Assembly: GCF_028368995.1 (NCBI RefSeq)
Contig: NZ_JAQNDL010000001.1
Coordinates: 2,304,001 to 2,368,000, forward strand
Length of the DNA stretch: 64,000 nt
Direction: 5' to 3'
Source of the DNA: Nannocystis bainbridge
GTDB lineage: Bacteria; Myxococcota_A; Polyangia; Nannocystales; Nannocystaceae
A program made the position numbers and the translations under genes. The first letter of the stretch is position 1, and each line of letters starts with the position of its first letter. The notes beneath the pieces are model-generated. The model saw only the letters and a list, made by a program, of their open reading frames with translations, ran no database searches and was not told where the DNA came from. Shown piece after piece: positions 55,131 through 64,000 of this stretch.

Positions 55131-56854
55131 GCCTTGCCTCCCTGATTGACGATGCTGCGCGCGGCCGCCAGCGTCTCTTCGGTCGCCAGCTCCTCGGCCC
55201 ACGGCAGCAGGCGGTTTTGATAGAACAGCAGCAGGTTCGGATCTTCGATCAGCACGTCGTCTCCGACCTCGGTGGCGACGACCTTGGTGTGGTAGTCGCG
55301 CCACGCCGACAGCGCCTCCGAGACGATCCGCTCGGGGGACTGCGAGCGCAGCACCGGCCCGACGTGGACCCGCCCCTCGGCCTCGGCCTGCAGCAGGCGG
55401 TCGCGCGCGTCGGCGACCTCGCGCACCAGCTGCTCGCGCGGCATCGCCACCTCGCCGCGGCGGCGCTGGCGGCTGAACAGGTCGAGCTCGGGCGTGGACC
55501 ACACGAGGTAGCGGTAGAGCACGTGGGCGACCAGCTGCGTCCAGATGATCACCGTCTCGCGCTGGTACACGCGGGCGATCGCGTCGCCGAGCTCGCGCGT
55601 GTAGCCGGCGTCGCGGGCCGGGTCGACGCTGGGCACGCCGCGGCGGCGGACGTAGGAGCCCGGATCGACCGGCTGGCCCGACGGCGCGATCGATCGGCCC
55701 TCGTCGTCGACGGGGTTGCAGAACGGGTCCATCGCGTCGCCGAAGCGGACCACCAGCGCCGAGCGCAGCGTGACCAGCTTGGTCATGAAGGCGTAGATCC
55801 GGTCGATGCGCGAGAACTCGTCGTCGTCGATGATGTAGCGGGCCTGGCCGGCGCCCTTGAGGTGATCCTCGATCAGCGTCTCGGCCTCGAGCACCAGCGC
55901 GTAGTTCAGCGTCGCCGGCACGAAGAACACCGGGCGGTGGAGCCCGTTGGTCTGGTTGCGCGAGAACGCCTCGACCGCGGTGCCGGCCAGCCCGAGCTTG
56001 AGCCGGCGCTCGATCGTGCCCGAGCGCGAGCGCGTGCCGCCGGGGAAGAACAGCGAGTGATAGCCGCGCTCGACCATCAGGCACGAATAGGTCTTCAGCG
56101 CCTCCTTGTAGACCGCGGCCGAGACCCGCCGGTCGACGCGGTAGGCGCCGAGGTTGTGCATGAAGAAGCTGATCAGCGGGTTCGAGAACAGGTTCCTGCC
56201 GGCGCCGTAGACCACCGGCGGCAGGTTGGCGCGCAGCAGCACGTAGCCGAGCGCGACCGAGTCGAGGTTCGACGAGTGGGTCGGGACCAGCACCAGCGTG
56301 CCGATCTGGGCCAGCCGGCGCAGCTTGTCGATCGGGCCCTCGGCCGAGATCAGGGCGTCGAGCTGGCTGAAGCCGCCGGCCAGCAGCTGGGTCGGCAGAC
56401 CCATCGGGTTCATCACCGCCGTCAGCACGCCGGGGATCAGCCGCGCCGACAAGTTGTAGACCCGCGGGTCGAAGTTGCCGGCGATGTCCTCGACCATGAC
56501 GCGGCTGATGGACCGCAGGCTGTCGCTGCGCTCCTCGTGCGACATCTTGCCGAGCCGCTTGACCAGCCGGCGCCACGAGCCCAGCGCCAGGTCGGCCTCG
56601 GCGTCGCCCTGCCCCGCGAGCCGGCGGATCTCGGCGTGGCCGGCCTCGTTGAGCGCGTACAGCAGCCGCTTCGGATCGGCCGCGAAGTGCTCCTCGGTGC
56701 GGCGCACCACCTCGGTGATGATCTCTTCGCGCTCGCTGTTGAAGCGGAAGATCTGCGGGTCACCCGGCTGCGGCTTGGGCCCGAACATGGCCGGCAGGCG
56801 CAACGGGCGGGACAGCAGGCGATGCACGATCGAGCGCATGGGCCGGGCGAGCAT
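55127..56854 (-). CDS. glycerol-3-phosphate acyltransferase (PlsB-like)
   Basis: PTHSSNLD (HxxxxD), GAY.VDR, FFPGGTRSRSG; start could be 56788. Confidence 0.85.
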   Translation of the reverse strand: MLARPMRSIVHRLLSRPLRLPAMFGPKPQPGDPQIFRFNSEREEIITEVVRRTEEHFAADPKRLLYALNEAGHAEIRRLAGQGDAEADLALGSWRRLVKRLGKMSHEERSDSLRSISRVMVEDIAGNFDPRVYNLSARLIPGVLTAVMNPMGLPTQLLAGGFSQLDALISAEGPIDKLRRLAQIGTLVLVPTHSSNLDSVALGYVLLRANLPPVVYGAGRNLFSNPLISFFMHNLGAYRVDRRVSAAVYKEALKTYSCLMVERGYHSLFFPGGTRSRSGTIERRLKLGLAGTAVEAFSRNQTNGLHRPVFFVPATLNYALVLEAETLIEDHLKGAGQARYIIDDDEFSRIDRIYAFMTKLVTLRSALVVRFGDAMDPFCNPVDDEGRSIAPSGQPVDPGSYVRRRGVPSVDPARDAGYTRELGDAIARVYQRETVIIWTQLVAHVLYRYLVWSTPELDLFSRQRRRGEVAMPREQLVREVADARDRLLQAEAEGRVHVGPVLRSQSPERIVSEALSAWRDYHTKVVATEVGDDVLIEDPNLLLFYQNRLLPWAEELATEETLAAARSIVNQGGKA

Positions 56855-56910
56855 AGCCGGCTCGCGGCGCCGCCACTACTCCCCTGCGGCCCCCGATCGT
56901 GCGCCGGCGA

Positions 56911-57246
56911 TCACAGCGCGGTGATCGGCTCGCAGTAGAGCGAGTAGTTCTCGTTGGTGTAGCCGGGATCGCACACGCAGGTCGGCTTGATGTCGACGGG
57001 CACGCACTGGCCGGCCTCGCCGCAGAAGACCCCGCGGCACACGTTGAACTTGTCGTAGCAATAATCGCCGTCCGGGTCGCACACGCTGGTGGGCTCGTTG
57101 CAGAAGCCCCCCGGCGCGCAAAAGCCTCCGGGCGAGCCCGGCGGCGGCTCTTTCGGGCCCGGACCTTCGTAACACGCACCGCCCAGCAGCGCGCCCAGCA
57201 GCGCCACGCCCAACAGCTCGCGAACTCGGTGGCGGCCTCTGATCAC
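56911..57246 (-). CDS. small Cys-rich (EGF-like) lipoprotein
   Basis: GGAC lipobox; CVCDPGY EGF-like motif. Confidence 0.7.
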   Translation of the reverse strand: MIRGRHRVRELLGVALLGALLGGACYEGPGPKEPPPGSPGGFCAPGGFCNEPTSVCDPDGDYCYDKFNVCRGVFCGEAGQCVPVDIKPTCVCDPGYTNENYSLYCEPITAL

Positions 57247-57446
57247 CCGATCACCGTAGCCGCAAAACCGCGCGCAAGGGAAGAGTGAGCCGGGCCCGCG
57301 GTCCCGGACGTCTGCGCCGGACCTCGGGACAGGCGCGAGGCTGCGGCACCCAGACCCCGCCGCGCCCGCACGCGCGCCCAGGGACCGGGGTTTCGCGCCC
57401 GGCAGCGCTGTTTTCCTCCGTGGCCGGCCCTGGTACCGTGCCCGGG

Positions 57447-58367
57447 ATGATCGCGCACTCGATCCCGGGACCGGCGAAGCGGCCCGCTTTGAAGCTCGCG
57501 GCGGCCCTCCTCGCCGTCACGCTCCCGATCACGACGCTCCCGCTGCCGGCCCTGGCCGCCGAGGACGTCACGCCGGCCCGCGCCGCGGGCGTGCGCAAGA
57601 CCGTGCAAGATCGCGCGAAGCCGATGCTGAGCCGCGATCCCGGCGGCGCCGCCTCCCTGCTCGCCGGCGAGGCCAAGAAGACCAGCGACCCGGTCCTCTT
57701 CATCGACGCCGGCGAGGCTTACCTCGCCGCGGGCGTCGCCGAGCGCGACAAGGCCGCGCTCGAGCAGGCCATCGAGCAGGCCTCGATCGGCCTCGACATC
57801 GCCGCCTTCCAGCAGGACCCGCGCTGCGACCCCGGCTGGCAGCACCTCGACGCCGGCGAGTTCGAGCGCGAGGTGAGCCGCGGCAAGCAGGTCATCGAGG
57901 ACAGCGAGAAGGCCATCGCCGACCTCGACAAGCCGGTCGAGGCAGAGCCGCCGGTCGAGGAGCCGAAGAAGGACAAGGGCACCACCCCGCGCGACGGTCG
58001 CGGCCTCATCGCCGGCGGCGCGCTGGCGACCGTGGTCGGCGTCGGCGGCCTGGCGATGATCGGCGCCGGCCTGGCGCTCAGCAGCAAGGCGCAGAAGGAC
58101 GTCGACGCGCTCGACCCGTCGGCGATCGACTACGACGCCCAGTTCAACGACATCGACAAGAAGGGCAAGACCGCCAACGTGGTCGCCTACGCCGGCATCG
58201 GCGTGGCGGCCGTCGGCCTCGGCGTCGGCATCGCCCTGCTCGCGCTCGGCGTCAAGAAGCGCAAGGCCTACCGCGCCGAGCACGGCGGCAGCGAGACGGC
58301 GCGCTGGAACGTCGCCCCCGCGCTGGGCTACGGCTACGGCGGCCTCACCCTCGGCGGTCGCTTCTGA
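57447..58367 (+). CDS. secreted helical protein with glycine-zipper C-terminus (myxobacterial type)
   Basis: Signal peptide; two hydrophobic Gly-rich helices; C-terminal GLTLGGRF. Confidence 0.7.
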   Translation: MIAHSIPGPAKRPALKLAAALLAVTLPITTLPLPALAAEDVTPARAAGVRKTVQDRAKPMLSRDPGGAASLLAGEAKKTSDPVLFIDAGEAYLAAGVAERDKAALEQAIEQASIGLDIAAFQQDPRCDPGWQHLDAGEFEREVSRGKQVIEDSEKAIADLDKPVEAEPPVEEPKKDKGTTPRDGRGLIAGGALATVVGVGGLAMIGAGLALSSKAQKDVDALDPSAIDYDAQFNDIDKKGKTANVVAYAGIGVAAVGLGVGIALLALGVKKRKAYRAEHGGSETARWNVAPALGYGYGGLTLGGRF

Positions 58368-58405
58368 CCCCGAGGACATTCCCCTTCGACCAGGAACTTT
58401 CGGCC

Positions 58406-58801
58406 ATGTCCCTTCGTACACCCGCCGTCCTGTCCGCCCTCGCCCTCGCCCTGACCCTCGGCGCCGCCGCCCCGGCCCGCGCCGCCGCCGCCTGCTCCGA
58501 CGCCAGCGGCGTGTGCCTGTCGGACGACAAGGCCAAGTGGGAGCCCGACACCTCGCTGTCGACCAAGCAGCTCAAGGCCAAGCGCAAGGGCCCCGCCTGC
58601 AAGGTCGCGTTCGAGATCGACGGCGGCCGCGGCAGCGTGTTCGTCAACGGCCGCTACGCCGGCACCGCCCCGGGCGCCAACCTGTCGCTGCTGCCCGGCA
58701 AGCACGACATCCAGGTCCGCGACGGCCAGAAGATCCTCGCCGAGGGCGTGCTCACGGTGCCCAAGGCCGGCAGCCTGCAGGTCACCGTGCGCCACGGGTG
58801 A
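58406..58801 (+). CDS. PEGA-domain secreted protein
   Basis: VFVNGRYAGTAP...L.LLPGKHDIQVR. Confidence 0.75.
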   Translation: MSLRTPAVLSALALALTLGAAAPARAAAACSDASGVCLSDDKAKWEPDTSLSTKQLKAKRKGPACKVAFEIDGGRGSVFVNGRYAGTAPGANLSLLPGKHDIQVRDGQKILAEGVLTVPKAGSLQVTVRHG

Positions 58802-58818
58802 GATCCCAGCTCCGCAGG

Positions 58819-58896
58819 GACATGTCCTCGCGAGCATGTCTCTGAGGGCCTGTCCTGCCGGGCATGTTTTGAAGAACATGCCCTGAAGTGCATCCC
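58819..58896. repeat. six-unit 14-bp-period degenerate GACATGTC array
   Basis: Cores at 58819, 58833, 58847, 58861, 58875, 58889 (degenerate). Confidence 0.75.
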
Positions 58897-59087
58897 CTGC
58901 GGGCTCGGCCGCTCACGTGAGCAGCTCGGCGACGGTGAGCGCTCGAGCCCCACGACGCGCGACGGGTTCATTGCCGATCCCGCCGGGCAGGTCGTCGTCG
59001 GGGTCGCCGCCCCGCCTGCGCCCTTGCAGCGCGGAGATCGGTGACCTCGAGGACATGTCCGATACGACATGTCCTTGAATGCCGACC

Positions 59088-60110
59088 TCACACGCCGTTG
59101 AGCGCGTCGACGACCGCGAACAGATCGCCGCGCTCGTAGTAGTCGACCGCGACGAAGTTGGGGAAGTCGCCGCTCGCCTGCATGCACTCGACCACGCGCG
59201 CGTGCAGGACCTCGTAGGTGTTGACGGCGATCGCGTTCATCTCGAGCGGCAGGTCGAGCACGCTGTTGACCCAGTGGTTGACGAGGAACAGCGGGTTGTC
59301 GGCGCTGCCGCGGTTGAGCGCGCACGAGAACGCGTCGGGGCTCATGTACGAGTACGGCGTGTCCCAGGCGAGGTCCCACAGGTGGTGGTACCACGCGGGC
59401 GGCGGCCCGCCCTGCTCGGCGGTGACGACGAGGCGCGTGTCGGCGGCGATCATCTCCGCGAGCGTCGGGAACGGCCCGCCCTCGTACACGAAGAGCCGGT
59501 CCTCGAGCCCGAGCGCCGCGAAGTCGGCGAGGATGTCGGCGGTGTCGGCCGAGTCCTCGTAGAGGATCGTCACGACCTCGCGCGGGTGCTCGTCCAGGAA
59601 TGCGGCGATGTCGGCGAGCACCTCGACGTGCGGCGTCCTGCCGTAGGAGCAGACGCCGTGGCACAGCGCCGTCTCGCCCTCGTCGAGGTGGACGTCGAGC
59701 ATCAAGGCGCGCACGCCGTCGCCCAGCTGGGCCGCGACCGTGCGCCGCTGATTGGCCACCAGCGGCGTGAAGCCTGCCTCCTGCGCCGAATAGCTGTTGT
59801 GCGTGCACGGATAGGCGACCTCGTCGTAGCGGCGCGAGCACAGCGCGACGTGCCCGTTGCACGCCAGCGCCTCGTCCTCGGTGGTCGAGCCGCCGGTGAC
59901 CTCGGTCGTCGTCGCCTCGGTCGGCGAGCCGGTGGTCCCTGTCGCACTCGTCACCTCGTTCGACGATCCGCTCGCGCCGTCCCCGCTGGAGCCGGACACC
60001 GTCGCGCTCGCCGTCGAACCCTCACCCGTGTCGGCATCGGTGGCGGACGTCGCCGACCCACCGGGGCAGGCGACGAGCAGGAGGGCGACGAGCAGCGGAC
60101 GTGGGCTCAT
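59088..60110 (-). CDS. PI-PLC X-domain-like phosphodiesterase lipoprotein
   Basis: CNGH..LC.R.YD.V...THNS, QL.DGVRALMLD, LCH, PNFVAVDYY. Confidence 0.85.
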   Translation of the reverse strand: MSPRPLLVALLLVACPGGSATSATDADTGEGSTASATVSGSSGDGASGSSNEVTSATGTTGSPTEATTTEVTGGSTTEDEALACNGHVALCSRRYDEVAYPCTHNSYSAQEAGFTPLVANQRRTVAAQLGDGVRALMLDVHLDEGETALCHGVCSYGRTPHVEVLADIAAFLDEHPREVVTILYEDSADTADILADFAALGLEDRLFVYEGGPFPTLAEMIAADTRLVVTAEQGGPPPAWYHHLWDLAWDTPYSYMSPDAFSCALNRGSADNPLFLVNHWVNSVLDLPLEMNAIAVNTYEVLHARVVECMQASGDFPNFVAVDYYERGDLFAVVDALNGV

Positions 60111-60199
60111 CTGCGCAGGATATCCGACGCTCGCCGGTCGCTGCACCGCGCGGGCTCGCCCGTCGCAGTCCCTCGCCGGAGTGATACGCTGGCGGCACG

Positions 60200-60847
60200 A
60201 TGATGAAAGCCTTCCCCTCGCCTACCGACCTCGCTCCCCGTCACGCCCTCGCTGCCGACCTGACGCTCGGCAGCGCCGTGGGGACGCTGTTCGGCCTGCT
60301 CGTGGGCCTGTCCGGCTCGACCGCGGTGGCCGCGATCGCGGCGGTGGCCACCGCCCTCGCCGGCTCCGTGGTGGTGCTCCGCGGCTCCGAGACCGCCATC
60401 CGCCCGGCCCGCGCCGGCGCGCTCGCCGTGGCCGCCGTGGCCTCCCTGGTCTTCGGGACATGGCTCCAACGCCATGACGCGCTCGGCCCGACGCCGGCCG
60501 AGGACGTGGCCGCGTGGCAAGCCGCGGGCCTCAGCAAGCGCGACGCGCTGACCGTCACCGCCGGCATGTGGACCGGCTCGCAGCTGCAGCTGGCTCCCGC
60601 CGCCAAGGCCCCCAAGGCGGTCGACCAGCGCAAGCTGACCCCGTCGAAGCGCATGGCCAAGCGCTCGGCCGAGCAGTACTGCGCCGACCTCGAGCGCCGC
60701 AAGTACACGCCGGTCGAGGAGCTCCGCTCGTGGAAGATGCGCGGCGACTCGTGGCGCCAGGCCGCCAAGTTCGTCGAGACCCTTCCGTGCGGCCTCCGCC
60801 TCAAGACGATGAACGAACTGCGCGCGGTCGCCTGCGGCCGCCACTGA
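60200..60847 (+). CDS. hypothetical membrane protein
   Basis: Three N-terminal TM helices (G.LVGLS.S motif) and a soluble C-terminus. Confidence 0.6.
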   Translation: MMKAFPSPTDLAPRHALAADLTLGSAVGTLFGLLVGLSGSTAVAAIAAVATALAGSVVVLRGSETAIRPARAGALAVAAVASLVFGTWLQRHDALGPTPAEDVAAWQAAGLSKRDALTVTAGMWTGSQLQLAPAAKAPKAVDQRKLTPSKRMAKRSAEQYCADLERRKYTPVEELRSWKMRGDSWRQAAKFVETLPCGLRLKTMNELRAVACGRH

Positions 60848-60975
60848 TTCTAAAAAGTCGCACGAGGACGCGGGCTGCACGAGATCGCCAGCGATCCGCG
60901 CAGCCTTGCCGCCAAGTGACAGGCCCCGCGAACCTCGCCGACGATGGCCGCGAAGCAGCCCGCCCTTCGCACGGA

Positions 60976-61330
60976 CTTCGCCAGCGATGACCGCCTCCCC
61001 GCTCGCCCGTCGCTCGTACCTTCGCCAGCGATGCCCGCGCCGCTCCCCGCTCGAGCGTCGCTCGTACCCTTCGCCAGCGATGCCCGCGCCGCTACCCGGT
61101 CGCACGTCGGTCGTACTTCGCCAGCGATGACAGCGATGACCGCGCCGCTCCCCGCTCGCCCGTCGCTCGTACCTTCGCCAGCGATGCCCGCGCCGCTACC
61201 CGCTCGCCCGTCGCTCGTACTTCGCCAGCGATGCCCGCGCCGCTCCCCGCTCGCCCGTCGCTCGTACTTCGCCAGCGATGCCCGCGCCGCTGTCCGCCGG
61301 CTCGTTTGCACCGATCTCGCCAGCGAGGGC
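60976..61330. repeat. tandem repeat, about 47-bp unit, about 7 copies
   Basis: CTTCGCCAGCGATGCCCGCGCCGCTCCCCGCTCGCCCGTCGCTCGTA units starting at 60976, 61020, 61069, 61116, 61173, 61220, 61267. Confidence 0.9.
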
Positions 61331-61431
61331 CGCATCACACCCGCCGGCTCGTCGCGCGAACTTCGTGCCGATCCGCGCGAGCATGCGTCCCGTGAGCTGT
61401 ATGACCCACGGGACATGCCCTCAGAGACAGA

Positions 61432-62940
61432 TCAGAGTCGACGAGAGCGGCCGGCCCGCGGCTCGCTCGCCTGAACCGGCGGCGGTCCGCCGGTCCGCCA
61501 CGCCGCCGCGAGCGCCCCGAGGGTCCGGAACGCCTGGTCCTGGCGCAGGTCGAGCTGCTCCCGGCCACGCATGTCGGCGATGTACTCATCGAGCGTGCGC
61601 CCCCCGCCAGTGATGGCCAGCGCGCCGAGCATGACGTCGATGATCGCCTTCGGATCCTCGATGCGAAGGATGTGCGGCTGCGGCAAGACCTCGCCCCACT
61701 GCCGCAAAATGACATCATCGTTGTAGCTGGCATACACACCAGCATCGGCCGGATGCTCCGCAGGCCGCTCGGCAGGGTCATAGTCGAACTCGAGGATGGC
61801 AACCTCGCTGTCGGCGCCAGTCTCCCCCTTCCCGGAGATCGTCCGGCTGAAATGCTGAACCTGGCCGTTGATCTCGACCTCGACACGAAACTCCGTGGGC
61901 CGCCGGTCCGGCTCGTGGAACCGATAGTTGTGGACGAACACGCGGTAGCGGCCGGCGGGGGCGGTGCCGCGGATCCACTGGACGTTCTCGACCGGCTTGG
62001 TCGATTCGCCGCGGACGTTCATGTCGACGTCGAGCCAGCCGCCGCACTGCGAGCGCTTGTGGGCGTAGTAGATGTGTTCGCCGGAGGGCGCGACGACGTG
62101 GAGGTCGAGGTCGTTGCGGTTGTCCCAGATCAGCGACGCGCGGATGTCGACGCCCTCGTAGCGGCCGCCGGCCTGGATGACGCGCTGGCGGATCTCGGCG
62201 TCGATGTCGGCGCGGCGCTCGGACATCGATTTCTGCGGGTAGATGAGGAAGGTGTGGAACTTGTCCTGCAGCTCGCGGAAAATCGCGCGACTGTCGACGC
62301 CGGTCGCGCCGGGCTGCTCGTAGAAGCCTTCGCGCGCGTCGCCGGCCTGCACCGGCCGCGCCTCGGGCATGTCGTGGCCGAGCACGCGCTTGACCTGCTC
62401 GGCGCTGACTTCGGGGTAGAAGCCCTCGTCGCCGAGGAAGAAGAAGTAGCCCTTGGCGCCGCGCTCGAGGCACGCGAGCTTGGAGTGGCGCGCGTAGTAA
62501 TACGCCGCGAGCTCGTAGGACTCCTGGCCCGAGCCGCCGCCGCCCTCCTCGATCCAGCACTTGCTGAGCGCCTCGTCGAGGCGGTTGTCGGCCTCGAACT
62601 GGCCGATCTGGATCGGCGCCTTGTCGCCGGCGGTGGCGTCCCCGATCGCGCAGAAGCTGATCGCCGCGCCGGGTACGTAGCCCTTGAGCTCGATCTGGCC
62701 GATGAACAGCGGCAGCTTGGCGTAGATGATGCGGGTGTCGTCGCCGCGCGAGCGGGTCACGTCCATCGCCACCACGATCGGGGTCTGGTTCATGCACTCG
62801 CGCAGCTTGCCGCGCGCGTCGAGCAGCGGGTGTACGCCTCGCGCCCCGTGCGGGCTGGTCTCGCCGCGGTAGGTGAACACGTCGCCGCCGCGCGAGCGCG
62901 ACTCCCTCGCCACTTCGCCGTCGTAACTTCCGCCGCCCAT
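61432..62940 (-). CDS. vWA-like protein with inserted YfaP/DUF2135-like domain
   Basis: MGGGSY, MDVT.S, AIGDA, GQFE, GGGG..ESYELA, FLGDE; insert W....DLDLHV..PSGE.IYY...GG.LDVD....PVEN. Confidence 0.75.
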   Translation of the reverse strand: MGGGSYDGEVARESRSRGGDVFTYRGETSPHGARGVHPLLDARGKLRECMNQTPIVVAMDVTRSRGDDTRIIYAKLPLFIGQIELKGYVPGAAISFCAIGDATAGDKAPIQIGQFEADNRLDEALSKCWIEEGGGGSGQESYELAAYYYARHSKLACLERGAKGYFFFLGDEGFYPEVSAEQVKRVLGHDMPEARPVQAGDAREGFYEQPGATGVDSRAIFRELQDKFHTFLIYPQKSMSERRADIDAEIRQRVIQAGGRYEGVDIRASLIWDNRNDLDLHVVAPSGEHIYYAHKRSQCGGWLDVDMNVRGESTKPVENVQWIRGTAPAGRYRVFVHNYRFHEPDRRPTEFRVEVEINGQVQHFSRTISGKGETGADSEVAILEFDYDPAERPAEHPADAGVYASYNDDVILRQWGEVLPQPHILRIEDPKAIIDVMLGALAITGGGRTLDEYIADMRGREQLDLRQDQAFRTLGALAAAWRTGGPPPVQASEPRAGRSRRL

Positions 62941-63132
62941 GCTCGCTCCGGGCGCGCGGAGGATGGTCTTCGGGACAGGTCATGCCCGGGCCGCGCGCCG
63001 GTCTGCACCGTAGCGCGGCCGGCCCGGTGGCTCAACGAGCGTGAACGCGCCCCCGCGGACGCGCTCGCCGCTCCGCGCATGGAGCACGCGAAGGATACGC
63101 TCGGCGATCGCCGAGCTCTGGCGCTCGCCTGC

Positions 63133-63999
63133 TCAGCGATCGCCGAGGTCGGAGAGCTTGCCGTTGAGGCGGTTCACGTCGAGCATGCGCGCCATGCCCT
63201 CGCCGCCGGCGGTCGCGTACGAGGCGTGGCGCGCGAAGTCGCCGTGGGCCAGGCGGTAGAGCTCGTGCGCGCCGGTCGGGTCGCCGTGCAGACGGGCGCG
63301 ATCGCCGAGGCGCTCGGCGACGGAGGCCCGACGCAGCAGGTGGACATCGTCGCAGACGTCGATCGCGCGCAGGGCCGCGAGCGCTGAGACATGGTCGCGC
63401 TCGCCGGCGAGCCGCTCGACGTCGGCCAGGGCCGCCGCCTCGGGGTCGGGCTCCTCACGCGCCAGCAGCTCGTCGTAAAGCTCGAGCCAGATCCGCCGCA
63501 CGTCCTCGGCCAGGCGGCGCAGCGCGTCGTGGCGCTCGCCGGTGAAGCAGGTCGCCAGCATCTCGATCGCCAGCGGCGGCGACTGATCGGCCCACCTGGG
63601 CTCGAGGACATGTCCCTCGCAACATGTCTCTGAGGCCATCAGACCCATGCGGCCCATGGTGCGGCGCGGGTCGTTCGGATCGTCGGGCGTGCGCGCCAGC
63701 TCGGCGCGCACGTCGAGCAACACCGCGGCGAGCGGCCGGGGCCGGCGCTCGTCGCGGTCGGTGGTGGCGAGGCGGACCTGCTCGTCGGCGTGGAGGAAGA
63801 AGACGCCGCGGTGGAGCAGCGCGTTGCCGCAGCGGACCACCCCACCGAGCGCGTCTTGCTGCGAGTCGGCGGCGCCGAGCTCGACGGCGCGGCGGAAGTG
63901 GCCCACGGCGCGCCGCAGGTGGCCGCGACGCTCGACGAGGCCGGCCAGGCGGAGGTGGGCCTCGGCGGGCCGGTAGCAGCCGCAGCGCAGCGCCAGGCG
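63133..63999 (-). CDS. hypothetical helical/TPR-like protein (5' truncated by the window edge)
   Basis: Frame is open to the window end; C-terminal YATAGGEGMAR motif. Confidence 0.55.
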   Translation of the reverse strand, partial: RLALRCGCYRPAEAHLRLAGLVERRGHLRRAVGHFRRAVELGAADSQQDALGGVVRCGNALLHRGVFFLHADEQVRLATTDRDERRPRPLAAVLLDVRAELARTPDDPNDPRRTMGRMGLMASETCCEGHVLEPRWADQSPPLAIEMLATCFTGERHDALRRLAEDVRRIWLELYDELLAREEPDPEAAALADVERLAGERDHVSALAALRAIDVCDDVHLLRRASVAERLGDRARLHGDPTGAHELYRLAHGDFARHASYATAGGEGMARMLDVNRLNGKLSDLGDR

Positions 64000-64000
64000 C

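Noticed and set aside
60976-61330. CRISPR array
   Set aside because: The units are contiguous near-identical repeats without unique spacers, and there are no cas genes.

Overview
This is a very GC-rich bacterial chromosome segment, most likely from a myxobacterium (Nannocystaceae-like). That call rests on the Thr-rich lipoproteins, a MYXO-CTERM-type C-terminus, an FHA sigma54 regulator, a Ser/Thr kinase-FHA protein, and NHL/RCC1 propellers. It holds about 50 CDS, including ABC permeases, thpR, RegAB, a Yeh-like SWIM/VWA/MoxR/DUF5682 operon, lnt, a two-subunit RND pump, surA, an NCS1 transporter, a SIR2-domain protein and plsB/gpsA-like genes, plus one tRNA-Pro(CGG). The top finding is at about 25218-25690 on the minus strand. 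Directly after a 253-aa DUF7873-like gene lies a ~470-nt, highly structured non-coding region with two circularly permuted tRNA-like modules (T arm, acceptor 3' strand, closing loop, acceptor 5' strand, D arm), hexamer-phased (C/T)T(C/G)AA(G/T) runs and a 3' stem domain. This is a candidate protein plus large ncRNA ribonucleoprotein system. The second finding is a window-wide GACATGTC-like palindrome repeated at an exact 14-bp period, often as six-unit arrays, in intergenic and coding DNA. Also noted are a delta-proteobacterial Fur-box mini-operon, a catalytically degenerate GpsA paralogue, a vWA protein with an inserted YfaP-like domain and a 47-bp tandem repeat. Family names are recalled from memory, not from database searches.
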